Shown here: piece after piece, positions 22,385 through 34,092 of the stretch | Numbering within the stretch: the first letter of the stretch is position 1 | Layout: each line of letters begins with the position of its first letter | Origin: an uncultured Chloroflexia bacterium | GTDB lineage: Bacteria; Chloroflexota; Anaerolineae; Anaerolineales; Anaerolineaceae | DNA: 64,000 bases | Reading direction: 5' to 3' | Assembly (NCBI GenBank): GCA_963721535.1 | Contig: CAVRKN010000020.1 | Coordinates: 29,062 to 93,061, forward strand | The notes under the pieces: model-generated | What the model was told of the DNA's origin: nothing | Databases searched by the model: none | What the model saw: the letters and a program-made list of their open reading frames with translations, nothing else | Program-made: the position numbers and the translations under genes

Positions 22385-24158
22385 TTAGGGTTGCGCCATC
22401 TGCTGCCGAACTGAATCGGGCGGCAGTTTCATCAATACGGTCAGTTCGCTGACCGCTTCACTGAACACCGGGGCGGCGACGACGGAGCCCCAGGGGGAGC
22501 TGGTCGGTTTTTCCAACCAGATATAAACAATGAATTTGGGGTCATCCGAAGGGCCCCAACCAACGAATGAGGCGTTGGTGACACTGGATTCGTATCCCCG
22601 CGGGCCGGGGATTTCAGCGGTTCCGGTTTTACCAGAGACACGGTAGCCTTCCACCAGAGCGTTCGAGGCTTCATTTTCCAGCGAGTTGGCCAGCATCTCG
22701 GTCAGCGTGTGGGCCGTTTCAGGCGTGATTACTTGCCGAAATCAGCCGCGGGCTGATGTCATATTGGTGACCGTCCTGAATGTAGGCTTTGACCACATGC
22801 GGTGCCATCATTTTGCCGTCATTGGCTACCGCGGCTATGGCAGTGATCATTTGAATGGGGGTGGCAGCCACACCCTGACCAAAAGCGTTGGTGCCTAAAT
22901 TGACGGGATACCAGTTTTGATCGCCAGGTAAGCTGAGGGGATAAACCTGCTCGCCAGCCAGGTCGATGCCGGTATACTTACCCAGGCCAAAATTCTGAAT
23001 GTAGGTGTAGAAAGTGGTCGGACCCATTTGGGTGGCAGTCCAGGCCAGACAGACGTTGAGGGAGTGCTGCATGCAGCCGGTCATGTCCTGCGGGCCCCAG
23101 GCGCCACGGTCCCAGTTGTAGATCCAAAGTCCGCCGACTTCAATGGCGCCGGTATCCACGAATGGGGTGGTGGGGGTAACAGTTCCTGAATCAAGCGCAG
23201 CCGCCATGGTCAGCACCTTGAAGACTGAGCCGGGTTCATATAACTGGCTGATCGCCCGGTCGTAATGACTGCCGAGCGGGAACACATCGCCATATTTTTG
23301 ATACTCATTGGGGTTGAACGCCGGCGTGGTAGCCATCGCCAGCATCTCACCGGTTTCCGGATCCATTACCAATATTGTGGCAGCCTCGGCTCCGCTGTCT
23401 TCCTTGGCTTTTTCAGCGATGCGCTCCATGGCTGCCTGAATGCCGCGATCAATGGTTAAGATCAGGCTGGAGCCCGGGGGAACCGAGGGAATCTCCTGTA
23501 TTGCGGTCGGGTTCATTGGCAGGACCACTCGCGTATCGGTGCCCGCCAGGAGGTTATTATACTGTTCTTCCAAACCCAAAATTCCGCGCCCATCGACCCG
23601 GTCATAGAAGTTGTAGAAGCCGAGAATGTTTGCGGCTAAAGCATTTTCCGGGTAACTGCGGCGCAGATGGGGAACCCAATGGACCCCGTTAAGGGATGGA
23701 GATGGGCCTTTTTTAGGCTTTTCGGCTTTTTCGTATTCCGCCAGTTTGTTTTCCAGCAGATGGACTTTGTCCGCCGAAACAAAGTCTGCCACCACCATGT
23801 ATCTTTCGTTGCCTTCCTCTACATAGGAACGGGCGACTTTCTTAACCTCGGTGAAATCCAGCCCGAGGATGGCAGATAGGTCCTGGGCTACAGTATCTGA
23901 GTTGATCACCTGGGGAGGAGCAATACCGATTTCATAAACTTCAGTGTTACCCGCCAGCAGGTTGCCCCAGCGGTCATAGATGTTGCCGCGTTCGGGCTTC
24001 AATACCCGGACTTCCTGGTTATAGGTTTTTTCCAGGAAGGAAATTAATTCTTTAGCCTGCGGGCTGTTTTGCACCCGAATAATTTGAAAAATGATCGCCA
24101 GTCCAGCGACGATGAAAATGGCACCAATTAACCGCATCCGTCCGTTGCTGTTACTCAT
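22385..24158 (-). CDS. ftsI: Class B penicillin-binding protein (FtsI-type), split by an apparent +1 frameshift near 22740
   Basis: RG.IYDR, YEPGSVFK (SxxK), SLN (SxN) in the 5' ORF and KTGTAE in the 3' ORF; deleting one base at ATT-T-CGG restores LIRQVITPETA. Confidence 0.9.
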
Positions 24159-24628
24159 GGCTTTAACCCCCGGCTCTCAATTAAGTCGAAGGTTCCCTGG
24201 TACAGCCACTCCCACAGCGATTCTTTATATGCTGGCTTAATGATCGAGGCGTCTGATGATTCATTCCCAGGCGGAGGAGCTAAGAAAATGACTTCCCGTC
24301 CGGAGTAACCAGGAACCGGGATATAAACGATATCTCCCTGGGATGCAGTTTTATAACCCAGGGTTTCGGCACGGCCTTGCATAAAAGCAGCCGAGCGTAA
24401 AAATGCCAGCTGGGTGCTCAGGTCGGCAATGCGGATCTGCAGGTCTTCGCGTTCCAGTTCCAATTCGCGAATATGTGTGCCGGCGGCGGTAGCTTCGGCA
24501 GACAGGTAAAGGTAAACACCGGCAATCAGCATGCCAACCACCAGCACCAGCAGCAGCGCACCAATCCACTGGAGCTGAACGCGCCAGGGGGCTTGTCGGT
24601 ATGCTTGGACTATTCGCTGGTCAAACAC
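24155..24628 (-). CDS. FtsL-like cell division protein
   Basis: Single TM segment plus coiled coil ending in RA..LGY; between rsmH and ftsI. Confidence 0.7.
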   Translation of the reverse strand: MFDQRIVQAYRQAPWRVQLQWIGALLLVLVVGMLIAGVYLYLSAEATAAGTHIRELELEREDLQIRIADLSTQLAFLRSAAFMQGRAETLGYKTASQGDIVYIPVPGYSGREVIFLAPPPGNESSDASIIKPAYKESLWEWLYQGTFDLIESRGLKP

Positions 24629-24685
24629 TATGTCGTGCTCCTATGGGTGGTTTTGGCAGATCTGGTAACCGGTTGTATGCAAGGG

Positions 24686-25621
24686 TTATGCCATTTCGAG
24701 CTTTTCGGCGACCCTTAGCCGGGCGCTGCGCGCACGGGGATTTGTTAACGTTTCCTCTTCCGTTGGTACGATGGGGTGGCGGGTGATAATTCGAAGCGTT
24801 GCTTTGTGCTCACAATTGCATTCTGGTAGCTCCGGCGGGCATATGCAATCTCGGCTTTCATCTCTAAAAAAATGTTTCACCAGCCGGTCTTCCATGGAGT
24901 GGAAGGCAATGATCGCTACGCGTCCGCCGGGGTTGAGGGCTGTCACAATCTGCGGCAAAACTTGTTCGACGGCCTGTAATTCCTGGTTGACCGCAATCCG
25001 CAGCGCCTGGAAAGTGCGCGTTGCCGGGTGAATTCGACCTCGCTGACCGCCCATGGCATGGCTGACGATTTCTGCCAGCTGCTGGGTGGTGGTCACCGGT
25101 CGCGATTTCACAATGGCGGCAGCGATGCGCCTGGATCCGCGTTCTTCTCCGTAGCGCCAGATCAGGTCGGCCAGGTCGTTTTCAGGCAAATGGTTGACAA
25201 GCTCGGCGGCATCCAACGGTTGGGTCGGGTCGAAGCGCATATCAAGTGGTCCCTGACTCTGGAAGGAGAACCCCCGCTGAGGTGTATCCAGCTGCATGGA
25301 GGAGAGTCCGAGGTCAAAAACGATTCCTTCGACCGACTGCCAGCCAAGTTTGAGCATTTCATCCAATAGTTGCACATATGAAGCGTGGACAAGTGTTACC
25401 CGGTTTTTGAAATCAAAAAGGCGCTGACTTGCAATCGCCAGCGCCTGCGGGTCTCGGTCAAGTGCCAGTAGAAGACCATCCGGTGCACTATTTTCCAAAA
25501 TCCCCCAGGCGTGTCCACCTGCCCCGACGGTTGCATCAATGTATTTGCCTGGGCTTCGTGGCATCAAAGCAGTTATAATTTCATGGTAAAGTACGGGCAG
25601 ATGGGGAGGCTGTGGCTGCAA
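24686..25621 (-). CDS. rsmH: 16S rRNA C1402 N4-methyltransferase
   Basis: [47 protein letters not shown]. Confidence 0.97.
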   Translation of the reverse strand: MQPQPPHLPVLYHEIITALMPRSPGKYIDATVGAGGHAWGILENSAPDGLLLALDRDPQALAIASQRLFDFKNRVTLVHASYVQLLDEMLKLGWQSVEGIVFDLGLSSMQLDTPQRGFSFQSQGPLDMRFDPTQPLDAAELVNHLPENDLADLIWRYGEERGSRRIAAAIVKSRPVTTTQQLAEIVSHAMGGQRGRIHPATRTFQALRIAVNQELQAVEQVLPQIVTALNPGGRVAIIAFHSMEDRLVKHFFRDESRDCICPPELPECNCEHKATLRIITRHPIVPTEEETLTNPRARSARLRVAEKLEMA

Positions 25622-25641
25622 GGTGAACTGCCTCCATCTGG

Positions 25642-26073
25642 TTACAACCGAATACTGATGTCTGAATACCGGTCCGACTGTTTTGCCGGGTCATTGGCTT
25701 CCTCGTGACGGGTCCACTGATCCGTGGACCAGATTTCGAAGTAGGAGCCATTGCCGACCACGATCGCATCGCTGCTCAGTCCGGCGAAGGTCCGCAAAAA
25801 TTGCGGGATGAGAATGCGCCCAGCTTTATCGACCTCAACTCGGCTGGCGGAGGAGAATATCCATCGGCGAAAGTCGCGGCCATCAGAACCGGTCATGCTG
25901 GCGTCGGAGATGCTCTCAGCGAGCTGGTTGAACTTGTCGGGGGGCAGCACCAGCAGGTTTTGATCGAACCCGCGTGTGACGTAAGCGCTGCCATCCAGCA
26001 GCTCCCGGTAACCGGAAGGAATGGTCATTCGGCCTTTGTCATCGATGGTGTGCTCGTACTGCCCAAGGAACAT
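25642..26073 (-). CDS. mraZ: Transcriptional regulator MraZ
   Basis: [15 protein letters not shown] and second DKAGRI motif; first gene of the dcw cluster. Confidence 0.95.
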   Translation of the reverse strand: MFLGQYEHTIDDKGRMTIPSGYRELLDGSAYVTRGFDQNLLVLPPDKFNQLAESISDASMTGSDGRDFRRWIFSSASRVEVDKAGRILIPQFLRTFAGLSSDAIVVGNGSYFEIWSTDQWTRHEEANDPAKQSDRYSDISIRL

Positions 26074-26120
26074 AAGTTCTAACTCTCCCTTAATGGTGGA
26101 ACGCCGGTAAAACCGGCGTT

Positions 26121-26160
26121 CCCTACCACTTCCACCCACTTATCTCCACATTCCTCCACA
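26121..26160 (-). promoter_or_regulatory. MraZ-binding direct repeats
   Basis: Four GTGG cores at a 10-nt period on the minus strand: TGTGGAGGAA TGTGGAGATA AGTGGGTGGA AGTGGTAGGG. Confidence 0.75.
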
Positions 26161-26249
26161 TGATACAGGATTTCGCTCCATAATTCAAGCGATTTTTCGA
26201 TTTTTTAAGTTTAATTCGCATATTCATTACATTTAAGGACAACAGCCAC

Positions 26250-26675
26250 ATGAAACCGCAGCTATTTGCTTTGATCACAGCCTTTTGTTGGGGAGTAGGG
26301 GGATATTTTGAAAAGAAAGGCCTGCATCTCGGTAACCTCAGTCCGACCATGGGTATCACCATTCGCACCGGGGTGGCGCTGATCATTCTGGCGATCGCCA
26401 GCTACCCGCAATGGAAGACCATTCCTCAGGCGGGATCTAAAGCCCTCCTTTATATGATCATTGGCGGCGGGGTGGTGGCGGGCGCCATTGGCATGCTGTG
26501 TTTTTATACCGCTCTCAAAGGCGCACCGCTCAACAAGGTGATGCCGATCGCGTTTACCTCACCACTGTTTGGCGCGCTGATGGGATTGGCTTTTGGCGGT
26601 GAGCCGTTGACCGTCAAGACGGCACTTGGCATGGCGATGACTGTCGGCGGGATTGTCCTGCTGACCATTGGTTGA
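26250..26675 (+). CDS. EamA/DMT family small transporter
   Basis: A.CWG...F.K.GL start, five hydrophobic segments, GE.LT....G end. Confidence 0.8.
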   Translation: MKPQLFALITAFCWGVGGYFEKKGLHLGNLSPTMGITIRTGVALIILAIASYPQWKTIPQAGSKALLYMIIGGGVVAGAIGMLCFYTALKGAPLNKVMPIAFTSPLFGALMGLAFGGEPLTVKTALGMAMTVGGIVLLTIG

Positions 26676-26764
26676 TGCAATAATCCAAATTCCCGTTCTA
26701 GCACTACCTCCCACCCGGTTGACGTTATAATCAGGGTCAATCTTTACTTCAGGCGGGTGTTTCT

Positions 26765-28147
26765 ATGGCTAAACTGTTCCTCTACGATACCTATACGCGG
26801 GAGTCGCGTGAATTCCAGCCGCTTAAACCCGATGAAGTTGGCCTCTACACCTGCGGTCCAACCGTGTACAACTACGCCCATCTGGGCAATATGCGTACCT
26901 ATATATTTGAAGATATCCTACGCCGGACTCTGACATTCAACGGTTACCAGGTCAAACATGTGATGAACATCACCGACGTCGGACACCTGGTATCCGATGC
27001 CGACACGGGCGAAGACAAGATGGAAAAAGGCGCTCGCCGCATGGGCGTTTCGGCCTGGCAAATCGCGGATTTCTATACTGCTGAATTCCGCAAAGATATG
27101 GCGCGCTTGAATATTTTAGAGCCGACCATTTGGTCGCGTGCCACTGATCACATCGCCGAACAGATCGACTTCATCAAATGCATTGAGGCAGCTGGCTACA
27201 CCTACATCACATCCGATGGCGTGTATTTCGACACCAGCAAAATGCCATCCTATGGCTACCTGGGCCGCCTGGACATTGAAGGACTGCAAGCCGGCATGCG
27301 CATCGATATGGGCGAGAAGCTCAATCCGACCGATTTCGCATTATGGAAGTTCAGCCCAACCGGCCAAAAACGCCAGATGGAATGGGAAAGCCCCTGGGGA
27401 GTGGGATTCCCCGGTTGGCACATCGAGTGCTCCGCCATGTCTGCCAAGTATCTCGGACCTTTTTTTGATATTCACTGCGGCGGCGAGGATCATATCTCGG
27501 TGCATCATACCAACGAGATCGCGCAAACCGAAGCCTGCTACGGCACCCGGTTGGCAAATTTCTGGATGCATGCCTACTTCCTGCAGGTGGATGAGAGCGT
27601 GAAAATGTCCAAGTCCAGCGGCGACTTTTTGCGCCTGGAGACGCTCATCGAGCAGGGCTACGATCCGCTGGCATACCGCATGTTCTGTTTGAACGCCAGC
27701 TACCGACAGAAATTGAATTTCTCCATGGATGGGTTGGATGCCGCCGAGAAATCGCTCGAACGGCTGCGTAACATCAGTCACGAATTGGGCGAGCCTGGCA
27801 TAGTCGATAATGGCTATCTGGATCGCTTCACCGAAATGGTAAACGACGATTTGAATATGCCGCGTGCCATTGCCCTGACCTGGGAACTGGTCCGTGCAGA
27901 TCTACCATCTGCCGTCCGCAAGGCGACACTGTTGAAATTTGATGAAGTGCTGGGTTTAGGCCTGGCGGATTGGAAACCATCGGTGGAAGAAGCCCCAGCG
28001 GAAGTGCTGGAACTACTTGCGCAGCGTCAACAAGCCCGTGGCGAAAAACGCTGGAAGGATGCCGACGCCCTGCGTGAGCAAATCACCACCGCCGGCTGGG
28101 AATTGATGGATACACCCGAGGGACCAAAGTTGAAGCCGAGGAAGTAA
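26765..28147 (+). CDS. cysS: Cysteine--tRNA ligase
   Basis: YTCGPTVY, HLGN, DFALWK, PGWHIECSAM, KMSKS. Confidence 0.97.
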   Translation: MAKLFLYDTYTRESREFQPLKPDEVGLYTCGPTVYNYAHLGNMRTYIFEDILRRTLTFNGYQVKHVMNITDVGHLVSDADTGEDKMEKGARRMGVSAWQIADFYTAEFRKDMARLNILEPTIWSRATDHIAEQIDFIKCIEAAGYTYITSDGVYFDTSKMPSYGYLGRLDIEGLQAGMRIDMGEKLNPTDFALWKFSPTGQKRQMEWESPWGVGFPGWHIECSAMSAKYLGPFFDIHCGGEDHISVHHTNEIAQTEACYGTRLANFWMHAYFLQVDESVKMSKSSGDFLRLETLIEQGYDPLAYRMFCLNASYRQKLNFSMDGLDAAEKSLERLRNISHELGEPGIVDNGYLDRFTEMVNDDLNMPRAIALTWELVRADLPSAVRKATLLKFDEVLGLGLADWKPSVEEAPAEVLELLAQRQQARGEKRWKDADALREQITTAGWELMDTPEGPKLKPRK

Positions 28148-28456
28148 AGACTTTTCAATTCGTCTTACCATTTGCAATTTGCCCTCCAGCGTCCTGATTG
28201 ACATTATGCTTGCTGTCATTCGAGCTTGTGCTCGGAGAAGACAGGGAATTTGAGCGTTAATGACTTGTCTAATCACTAGAACATTTGTAAAGAGAAATTT
28301 CTGTTTGGTACAAGAATGGTTACCCATACAATTTGCTCTGATTTGCCGAAACGACTTCCATTCACAGCCCCATAAATACCTCTAAGATAGGTTAGAGACG
28401 GGAAGACAAAACCGCATCTGGATATATACTTTCTTCCGAGAGCGAGGTCCCTCTCA

Positions 28457-28675
28457 ATGACCTACAAAGGTATAGACCGTGGGTATTGGGAGGACTATCT
28501 CAGCAAAGCGAAGACAAAATCCTCATCATCTGGCATTCCGGATCGATACCTCAACCAGCTATCTTTGTTGAAAGCTGGCATTTATCTTTACCTTCGAGGA
28601 AAGTTTCAACTGGAATTTGTGGTTACTAAAGCAACGGATGAAGCAATTTTATATGTGAAGAATTCTGAATATTGA
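28457..28675 (+). CDS. Possible hypothetical protein or gene remnant in an AT-rich islet
   Basis: 72-aa ORF with no recognisable motif. Confidence 0.25.
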   Translation: MTYKGIDRGYWEDYLSKAKTKSSSSGIPDRYLNQLSLLKAGIYLYLRGKFQLEFVVTKATDEAILYVKNSEY

Positions 28676-28745
28676 TGATAATATATGCTTAAATGTGGAT
28701 AGAAAATATTCGAATTATTTATTTTTATGACAACGGAGGTCATGC

Positions 28746-29123
28746 ATGCTCGGTTGGGGTATCGCTGTATATCATTTAGCAGATGGAGGAGCAAATCCTG
28801 CGACTAGTAAATCACAGTTAGGAACGCGAATCGCAGTTTGGCAAACTTGGATATATGGGCTTGATTGGATCAACAAACTTGTTAGTGAAGGAAAAGCGAT
28901 TAATCTCGGCGGTAATGGATATCCCGTTCTATATACGGCAAAAGCTGAGCACCTAATCCCACCGATTCTCAGCGGTCCCCCATTGGCCAAGGAAATATGG
29001 GGTTTCGATCATGGAGATATTCTCCTCGAAGGATGGGAAGGAAAAACTGTTATAAATCAAGAAGAAGTTGAGAAATGCCGTCCTGATGAATGGCTTATGT
29101 TTGAAGCGTTTGATGAGAGCTAG
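28746..29123 (+). CDS. Hypothetical protein
   Basis: SD GGAGGT before ATG; globular-looking 125 aa; AT-rich. Confidence 0.65.
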   Translation: MLGWGIAVYHLADGGANPATSKSQLGTRIAVWQTWIYGLDWINKLVSEGKAINLGGNGYPVLYTAKAEHLIPPILSGPPLAKEIWGFDHGDILLEGWEGKTVINQEEVEKCRPDEWLMFEAFDES

Positions 29124-29289
29124 TGTCCTTATAATCAAAACCAATTCGCGAACCACTCTCTAATCAATAGATAATCTGCCAATCAAACAGGGTGCTATTT
29201 CTCTCCCTGCAAAATTTCTATAGAAGGTAAGTCTTTTTCCAATGCTTTTCTGGTTTGACTTAATCCAAATGCACCCATAAACTAACTGC

Positions 29290-30813
29290 ATGCTTGCCAA
29301 GGTAAACGCCTGCGCTGTGATCGGCCTCGACGGAATTGTGGTGGATGTCGAGGTGGACCTGGCACCAGGATTTCGGCCGCCGATCGTTATCGTGGGTCTG
29401 CCGGACGCCAGTGTTCAGGAAAGCAAGGAACGCGTCCAGTCCGCCATCACCAACGCCGGGTATGAGTACCCACGTAAGAAGGTGCGGGTAAATCTGGCTC
29501 CGGCTTCGGTACAGAAAGGCGGCCCAGCCTACGACCTGCCCATCGCGCTGGGAATCCTGCTGGCTAATCGTCAGCTGCCTCCGGATTGCCTGGTAAATTC
29601 ATTGGTGATGGGGGAACTTTCACTGGACGGCAATGTGCGCCACATTCGTGGCGTACTCCCTATGGCAGCCACGGCGCAGCAGAATGGCTTCAAACGGATT
29701 TTTGTGCCGGTAGAGGATGCACCCGAAGCCGCACTCATCCCCGGGGTGGAAGTCATTCCAGTGTCATCCCTGAGTGATCTCACCGCGCATTTATGCGGGT
29801 ACACGCTGATAAAACCGCAAGCGCCAATCGAAGTGAACGATCTGGAAATTACCGTCCAGACCGATTTCCGTGATATTAAAGGGCAGGAGCATGTCAAACG
29901 TGCGTTGGAGGTAGCGGCTGCCGGCGGGCACAATCTGATGATGTCTGGTCCGCCGGGCGCCGGGAAAACGCTCATGGCTCGTGCGCTGCCGGCTATTCTG
30001 CCGCGGTTGACCATTGAGGAAGCGCTGGATGTGACCCGCATTTATTCGGTAGCAGACCAACTTCCGCCGGAAGTGCCCCTGATTCGCTCCCGACCCTTCC
30101 GGGCGCCGCACCACACCATCAGCCATGCCGGGTTGGTGGGCGGCGGCAACAACCCACATCCGGGCGAGATCTCTCTGGCGCACCGCGGGGTTTTATTCCT
30201 GGACGAACTGCCAGAGTTCGGACCGCGGGTGCTGGAAGTGCTGCGCCAACCCATCGAAGACAAAATTGTGACCATAAGCCGGGCTTCTGGCTCGATGTCC
30301 TTCCCGGCTAATTTCCAACTGATCGCGGCCATGAATCCCTGCCCATGCGGTTACTACGGTGATCCGGTGAAACCATGCACCTGTTCCAATTCGACCGTCA
30401 CCAAATACCAGAAGCGCATTTCCGGACCCTTACTGGACCGCATTGACATCTACATCGAAGTACCACGAGTTGAGTATGACAAACTCTCGGATAAGCGCCT
30501 GGGCGAACCTTCTCAGGTGGTGCGCGCCCGTGTAGAAAATGCCCGGACGATTCAACGGGCACGCTTTGCTGAAAATGGCATCGCTTCGAACGCGGAAATG
30601 CGCCCGGCTGATATCCGCCATTACTGTGTCCTGGATGATACCGGCATGAGTTTGATGCGGGCTGCCATGAACCAATATCAACTCTCGGCACGAGCCTACC
30701 ACCGCATCCTCAAATTGGCGCGCACTATCGCGGACCTGGCCGGGGTAGAGCACATTGCACCGCAACACCTCGCTGAGGCGCTGCAGTACAGGCCGAGAAG
30801 CATACTGCAATAG
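29290..30813 (+). CDS. comM: YifB/ComM Mg-chelatase-like AAA+ ATPase
   Basis: VGLPD, YDLPIA, GPPGAGKT, GEISLAHRGVLFLDE, NPCPCG, SGPLLDRID. Confidence 0.92.
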   Translation: MLAKVNACAVIGLDGIVVDVEVDLAPGFRPPIVIVGLPDASVQESKERVQSAITNAGYEYPRKKVRVNLAPASVQKGGPAYDLPIALGILLANRQLPPDCLVNSLVMGELSLDGNVRHIRGVLPMAATAQQNGFKRIFVPVEDAPEAALIPGVEVIPVSSLSDLTAHLCGYTLIKPQAPIEVNDLEITVQTDFRDIKGQEHVKRALEVAAAGGHNLMMSGPPGAGKTLMARALPAILPRLTIEEALDVTRIYSVADQLPPEVPLIRSRPFRAPHHTISHAGLVGGGNNPHPGEISLAHRGVLFLDELPEFGPRVLEVLRQPIEDKIVTISRASGSMSFPANFQLIAAMNPCPCGYYGDPVKPCTCSNSTVTKYQKRISGPLLDRIDIYIEVPRVEYDKLSDKRLGEPSQVVRARVENARTIQRARFAENGIASNAEMRPADIRHYCVLDDTGMSLMRAAMNQYQLSARAYHRILKLARTIADLAGVEHIAPQHLAEALQYRPRSILQ

Positions 30814-30861
30814 CCATAGACTGGGGGCTACTTATCAACCTCCTTAGTCCGGATGCAATTT

Positions 30862-32626
30862 TTATTTGGCTGGATCGGTCAAGGAGATTTCAGTAACCTT
30901 GCCATCATCTTCCTGGGGGTCGACATTATTATCGATCCCCCGGCTGACAATATATAAATGGGTGATGGATGGATCTCCGCTGGCAGGGGCGAAAGTTAAT
31001 CCAGAACGCGTAGTTTGGCGAGCCGCCGATATAAGCCAGATCCCAGGCATTTAACAAGCGACCCGTTAGACTGAATTCACCCAGGTAAGTGTCATTGCTG
31101 GCTGTACTGACTATGAACAAAGTTCCAGTAGGCCTCATTGAATGCAATGCCCTCGACATCGGAAAATCCGTAGGCATCCGTGTCAAAAGTTGTCGGGAGA
31201 TCGTCATCCGTGCTCATGATGCCGTCAGCGCCCAGACCGAAGCTCAGGATTTCTCCGAGGTTCCCACCCGCTACGAAAATGGTATTCTTCCCAAAGGTGA
31301 TATCTTCTACATCGATGTCGATTGACTTTTCAGTACGTAAATCGTCCGCGGTCCAGAAAGTGCCATCAGGACCAGGATCGAGTTCGAAGATCTTATCGAC
31401 ATTATCGTCCGAAAAAAAGAAATGGCCGTTCAGCAAATTGACAGCTATCCCAGATGTTTCTGTGTCAAATTTATAGGTATTGGCAGTACGATTAAGAACC
31501 CCATTTGAAAATAAATAAAATACATTGGGCAAGGTGTCTAGTGGCGGGAATTCATCCACTTCGCTATCGACTATGATGAGTTCACCCGTTTCCGGCAGGT
31601 AAGCGATACCGGATGGGTCAGGACTATTGTCTTTCCAGACACTTTTATTGGTGGAAAATGAATTTACCGAGTAGCTTGGCCGTAGCACGATCCCTATCGG
31701 CAGGCGAGTTGGATGGAGGGTGATCTCGAGGATTTGTCCCGTCGCTGTCTGATCTCCACCGCTGGCCGAATTACCGCCGTCCAGGATGAAAAGGTTGTGA
31801 GCCAGCGGGTCGTCTGATTGGTTTACACCGGGAGCAAACACGAGCGATTTGATGTTATCCAGTGAGCGGTTCATTCAGGGTAAAGTGGATAAAAGAACGC
31901 CAGTCATCGAAATCTCGTAAATTTTCTGTTGATCTTGGTCAACAGTAAACAAACTGTAGGATTTGGGATTGAAAGCCTAAGGTGTGTGGAATTTGGTTTT
32001 CGAAAAGGTCTAAGTAATTGCTGCGAAAGCTGAAGCTCTTCGGTGACCAGAGGGTTTTGAGCATTGTCGGTGCTGAAAGTCAAGCGGAGGATTCTGGTGG
32101 GGTGATTATCAAGGATATACAGGTCGCCGTTCGCGGGGTTACTCGTGAAACCCGTTGGTTCGATCAGTTCTAATCCACTAAGGTCGATTGGCTGGCTGCC
32201 AGCGTCAAAAATATCTACGCTTTCGGAATTGTCGATGGATATCCCAAGAAAATAGAGCTGACCAGATTTCAATACTATGAGTTGACTTGAAAGTGGATCA
32301 TATACAGCCCCGATCACACCTTTAAATGTGTCAGGAAATACACCGATTTTCTGGATTTGACCGTTTTTCCCTAAAAAGCTTACTTCATCCTGGTTGGATA
32401 GTTCATCCCAAAGCAAGAACCCATCCGCATTTGACAGGTAAACCATACCAGAGGGGAGATCAAGTTCAAATTCTGACGTATGCAGCGTTTGCAGGATTTT
32501 ATGAGGTCGAGATGGAACTTCTACTTGCACAATTTGCCGGCTCGGACGCAAGCTGCAACTGGTTACGAGGAGAACCATAATTGCTGGGAAAAGCACCTTT
32601 TTGCATAGCCACAAGCTCAGAGTCAT
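30862..32626 (-). pseudogene. Secreted beta-propeller-like (YjiK/SdiA-regulated-like) lipoprotein, paralog 1, with multiple disruptions
   Basis: Lipobox LVTSC; fragments share [40 protein letters not shown] with the two neighbours; at least four lesions (about 31990, TGA 31875-31877, about 31130, about 31010). Confidence 0.65.
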
Positions 32627-32924
32627 CCTCGTTCACCTTTTCCACTGTGCTCGATTCCCTGACAACATCGACGTAGACCATTCCAACCATGTCAGGAATT
32701 CCGAGGCGAAGGAAGTACAAAATGATATGGATAGGATCGCATCCGTCATGGTTTATTATATCGGTAATTTTTGCCGAACAATCTCTTTGAGAAAGTTGTC
32801 AAATTTTTGGAAAACGGAGAGTTGAAGACGGATTGTTAAGCGAAGGGTGAAACCCTACCAGCACTGATATCCGAGGTGAAGGGAAAGCGTAAAAGATGCT
32901 GAAATCCACGTCCGTCATTGTTAT

Positions 32925-34092
32925 TTACCGAAGCAACAACGGCAGATAAACGCTCCAATCAGTTGGAATTGGTGTTTCCGTGGTTGGTAAAGGGGTTTCG
33001 GGGGTAGGTGATGGGGTTTCAGTTGTTGGTGATGGAGTTTCTATAGTTGGAGAAGGTGTTTCGGTGGTCGGTGATGGGGTATCGGTGGTTGGAGACGGGG
33101 TTTCAGTCGGTTTCTGGTTCAATCAGAGAAATTTCCCACACGATACCGTCATCTTCGTCCGGATGCTCCTCTGGATAATCATTGTCAATACCGCGGCTGA
33201 CAATATAAACATTGGAGATGGAAGGGTTGTCGCTGGCGGGGGCAAAAGTCAAACCGCTGCGAATATTCGGCGCTTCACCCATAAAGCTTAGGTCCCAAGC
33301 AGCCAACAATTCCCCGCTCAGACTAAATTCTCCCAGATACGGTTCTGCGGAATAGGTGGAGATTATAAAAAGTGTTTGGGTGATTTCGTTAAAAGTGATT
33401 CCCTCGACATCTGAGAACCCTTTCAAGGCGGTATCGAAAACAGCGGTAGTAATGTCATCATCGCTGATGATCCCATCCGCTCCAAGGTCGATAATGACCA
33501 CTTCTTTTTCTCCGCCACCGGCAACGAAAATTTTGTTAATTCCATAGGCAACATCTTCGGCGTCCGTTCCAACTAATTTCACTGTTTTTTCATCGTCAAT
33601 TGTCCAAATGATGCCATCCGGCCCAGGGGCAAATTCATACACCTTTTGGTGATCATCGTCGGCAAAGAAAATGTGTTGGTTGTCCGGATTAATCGCTACA
33701 CCAGAGGCTTCCTTGGTGGTAGGGTAGGTGAATTGTGTCCTCAATAATTCCCCGGTGGTGGTAGTGTAAAAAACATTGGGCTTTGATAATACGGGTGGAA
33801 ATTCATCCACCTCGCTATCTACAATGATCAATTCGCCGGTGGAAGGGTCGTAATCAATTCCGGCAGGATCGGGGCTGTTCGCGGACCATACTTGTGCATT
33901 GGTCGCGAAAGTGCGGATCAGGTAGGCTGGTTGCAGCTCGATTTCAGGGGGCAATTCCTGGATAATGCCAGTATCCTCGAATCCACGATCCATTTTCGGT
34001 TCAATACCTGCCATGGCGGTTGATTGCATCCCAACAAGAAATGCGATCACCGCACTCACGGCAGGTAAGATCCGTAATATATTTCGGTACAT
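32925..34092 (-). CDS. Secreted beta-propeller-like protein, paralog 2, with Thr/Pro stalk and C-terminal VYLPLLLR; apparent frameshift near 33110
   Basis: Signal peptide (MYRNILRILPAVSAVIAFLVGMQSTAMA), same propeller motifs, then a (TETPSPT)n linker in a shifted frame. Confidence 0.75.
32958..33104 (-). repeat. Seven 21-bp coding tandem repeats (ETPSPTT-like)
   Basis: ETPSPTT DTPSPTT ETPSPTI ETPSPTT ETPSPTP ETPLPTT ETPIPTD. Confidence 0.85.

Noticed and set aside
29290..30813. Mobile element inserted in comM
   Set aside because: comM is intact at 507 aa and no integrase is present
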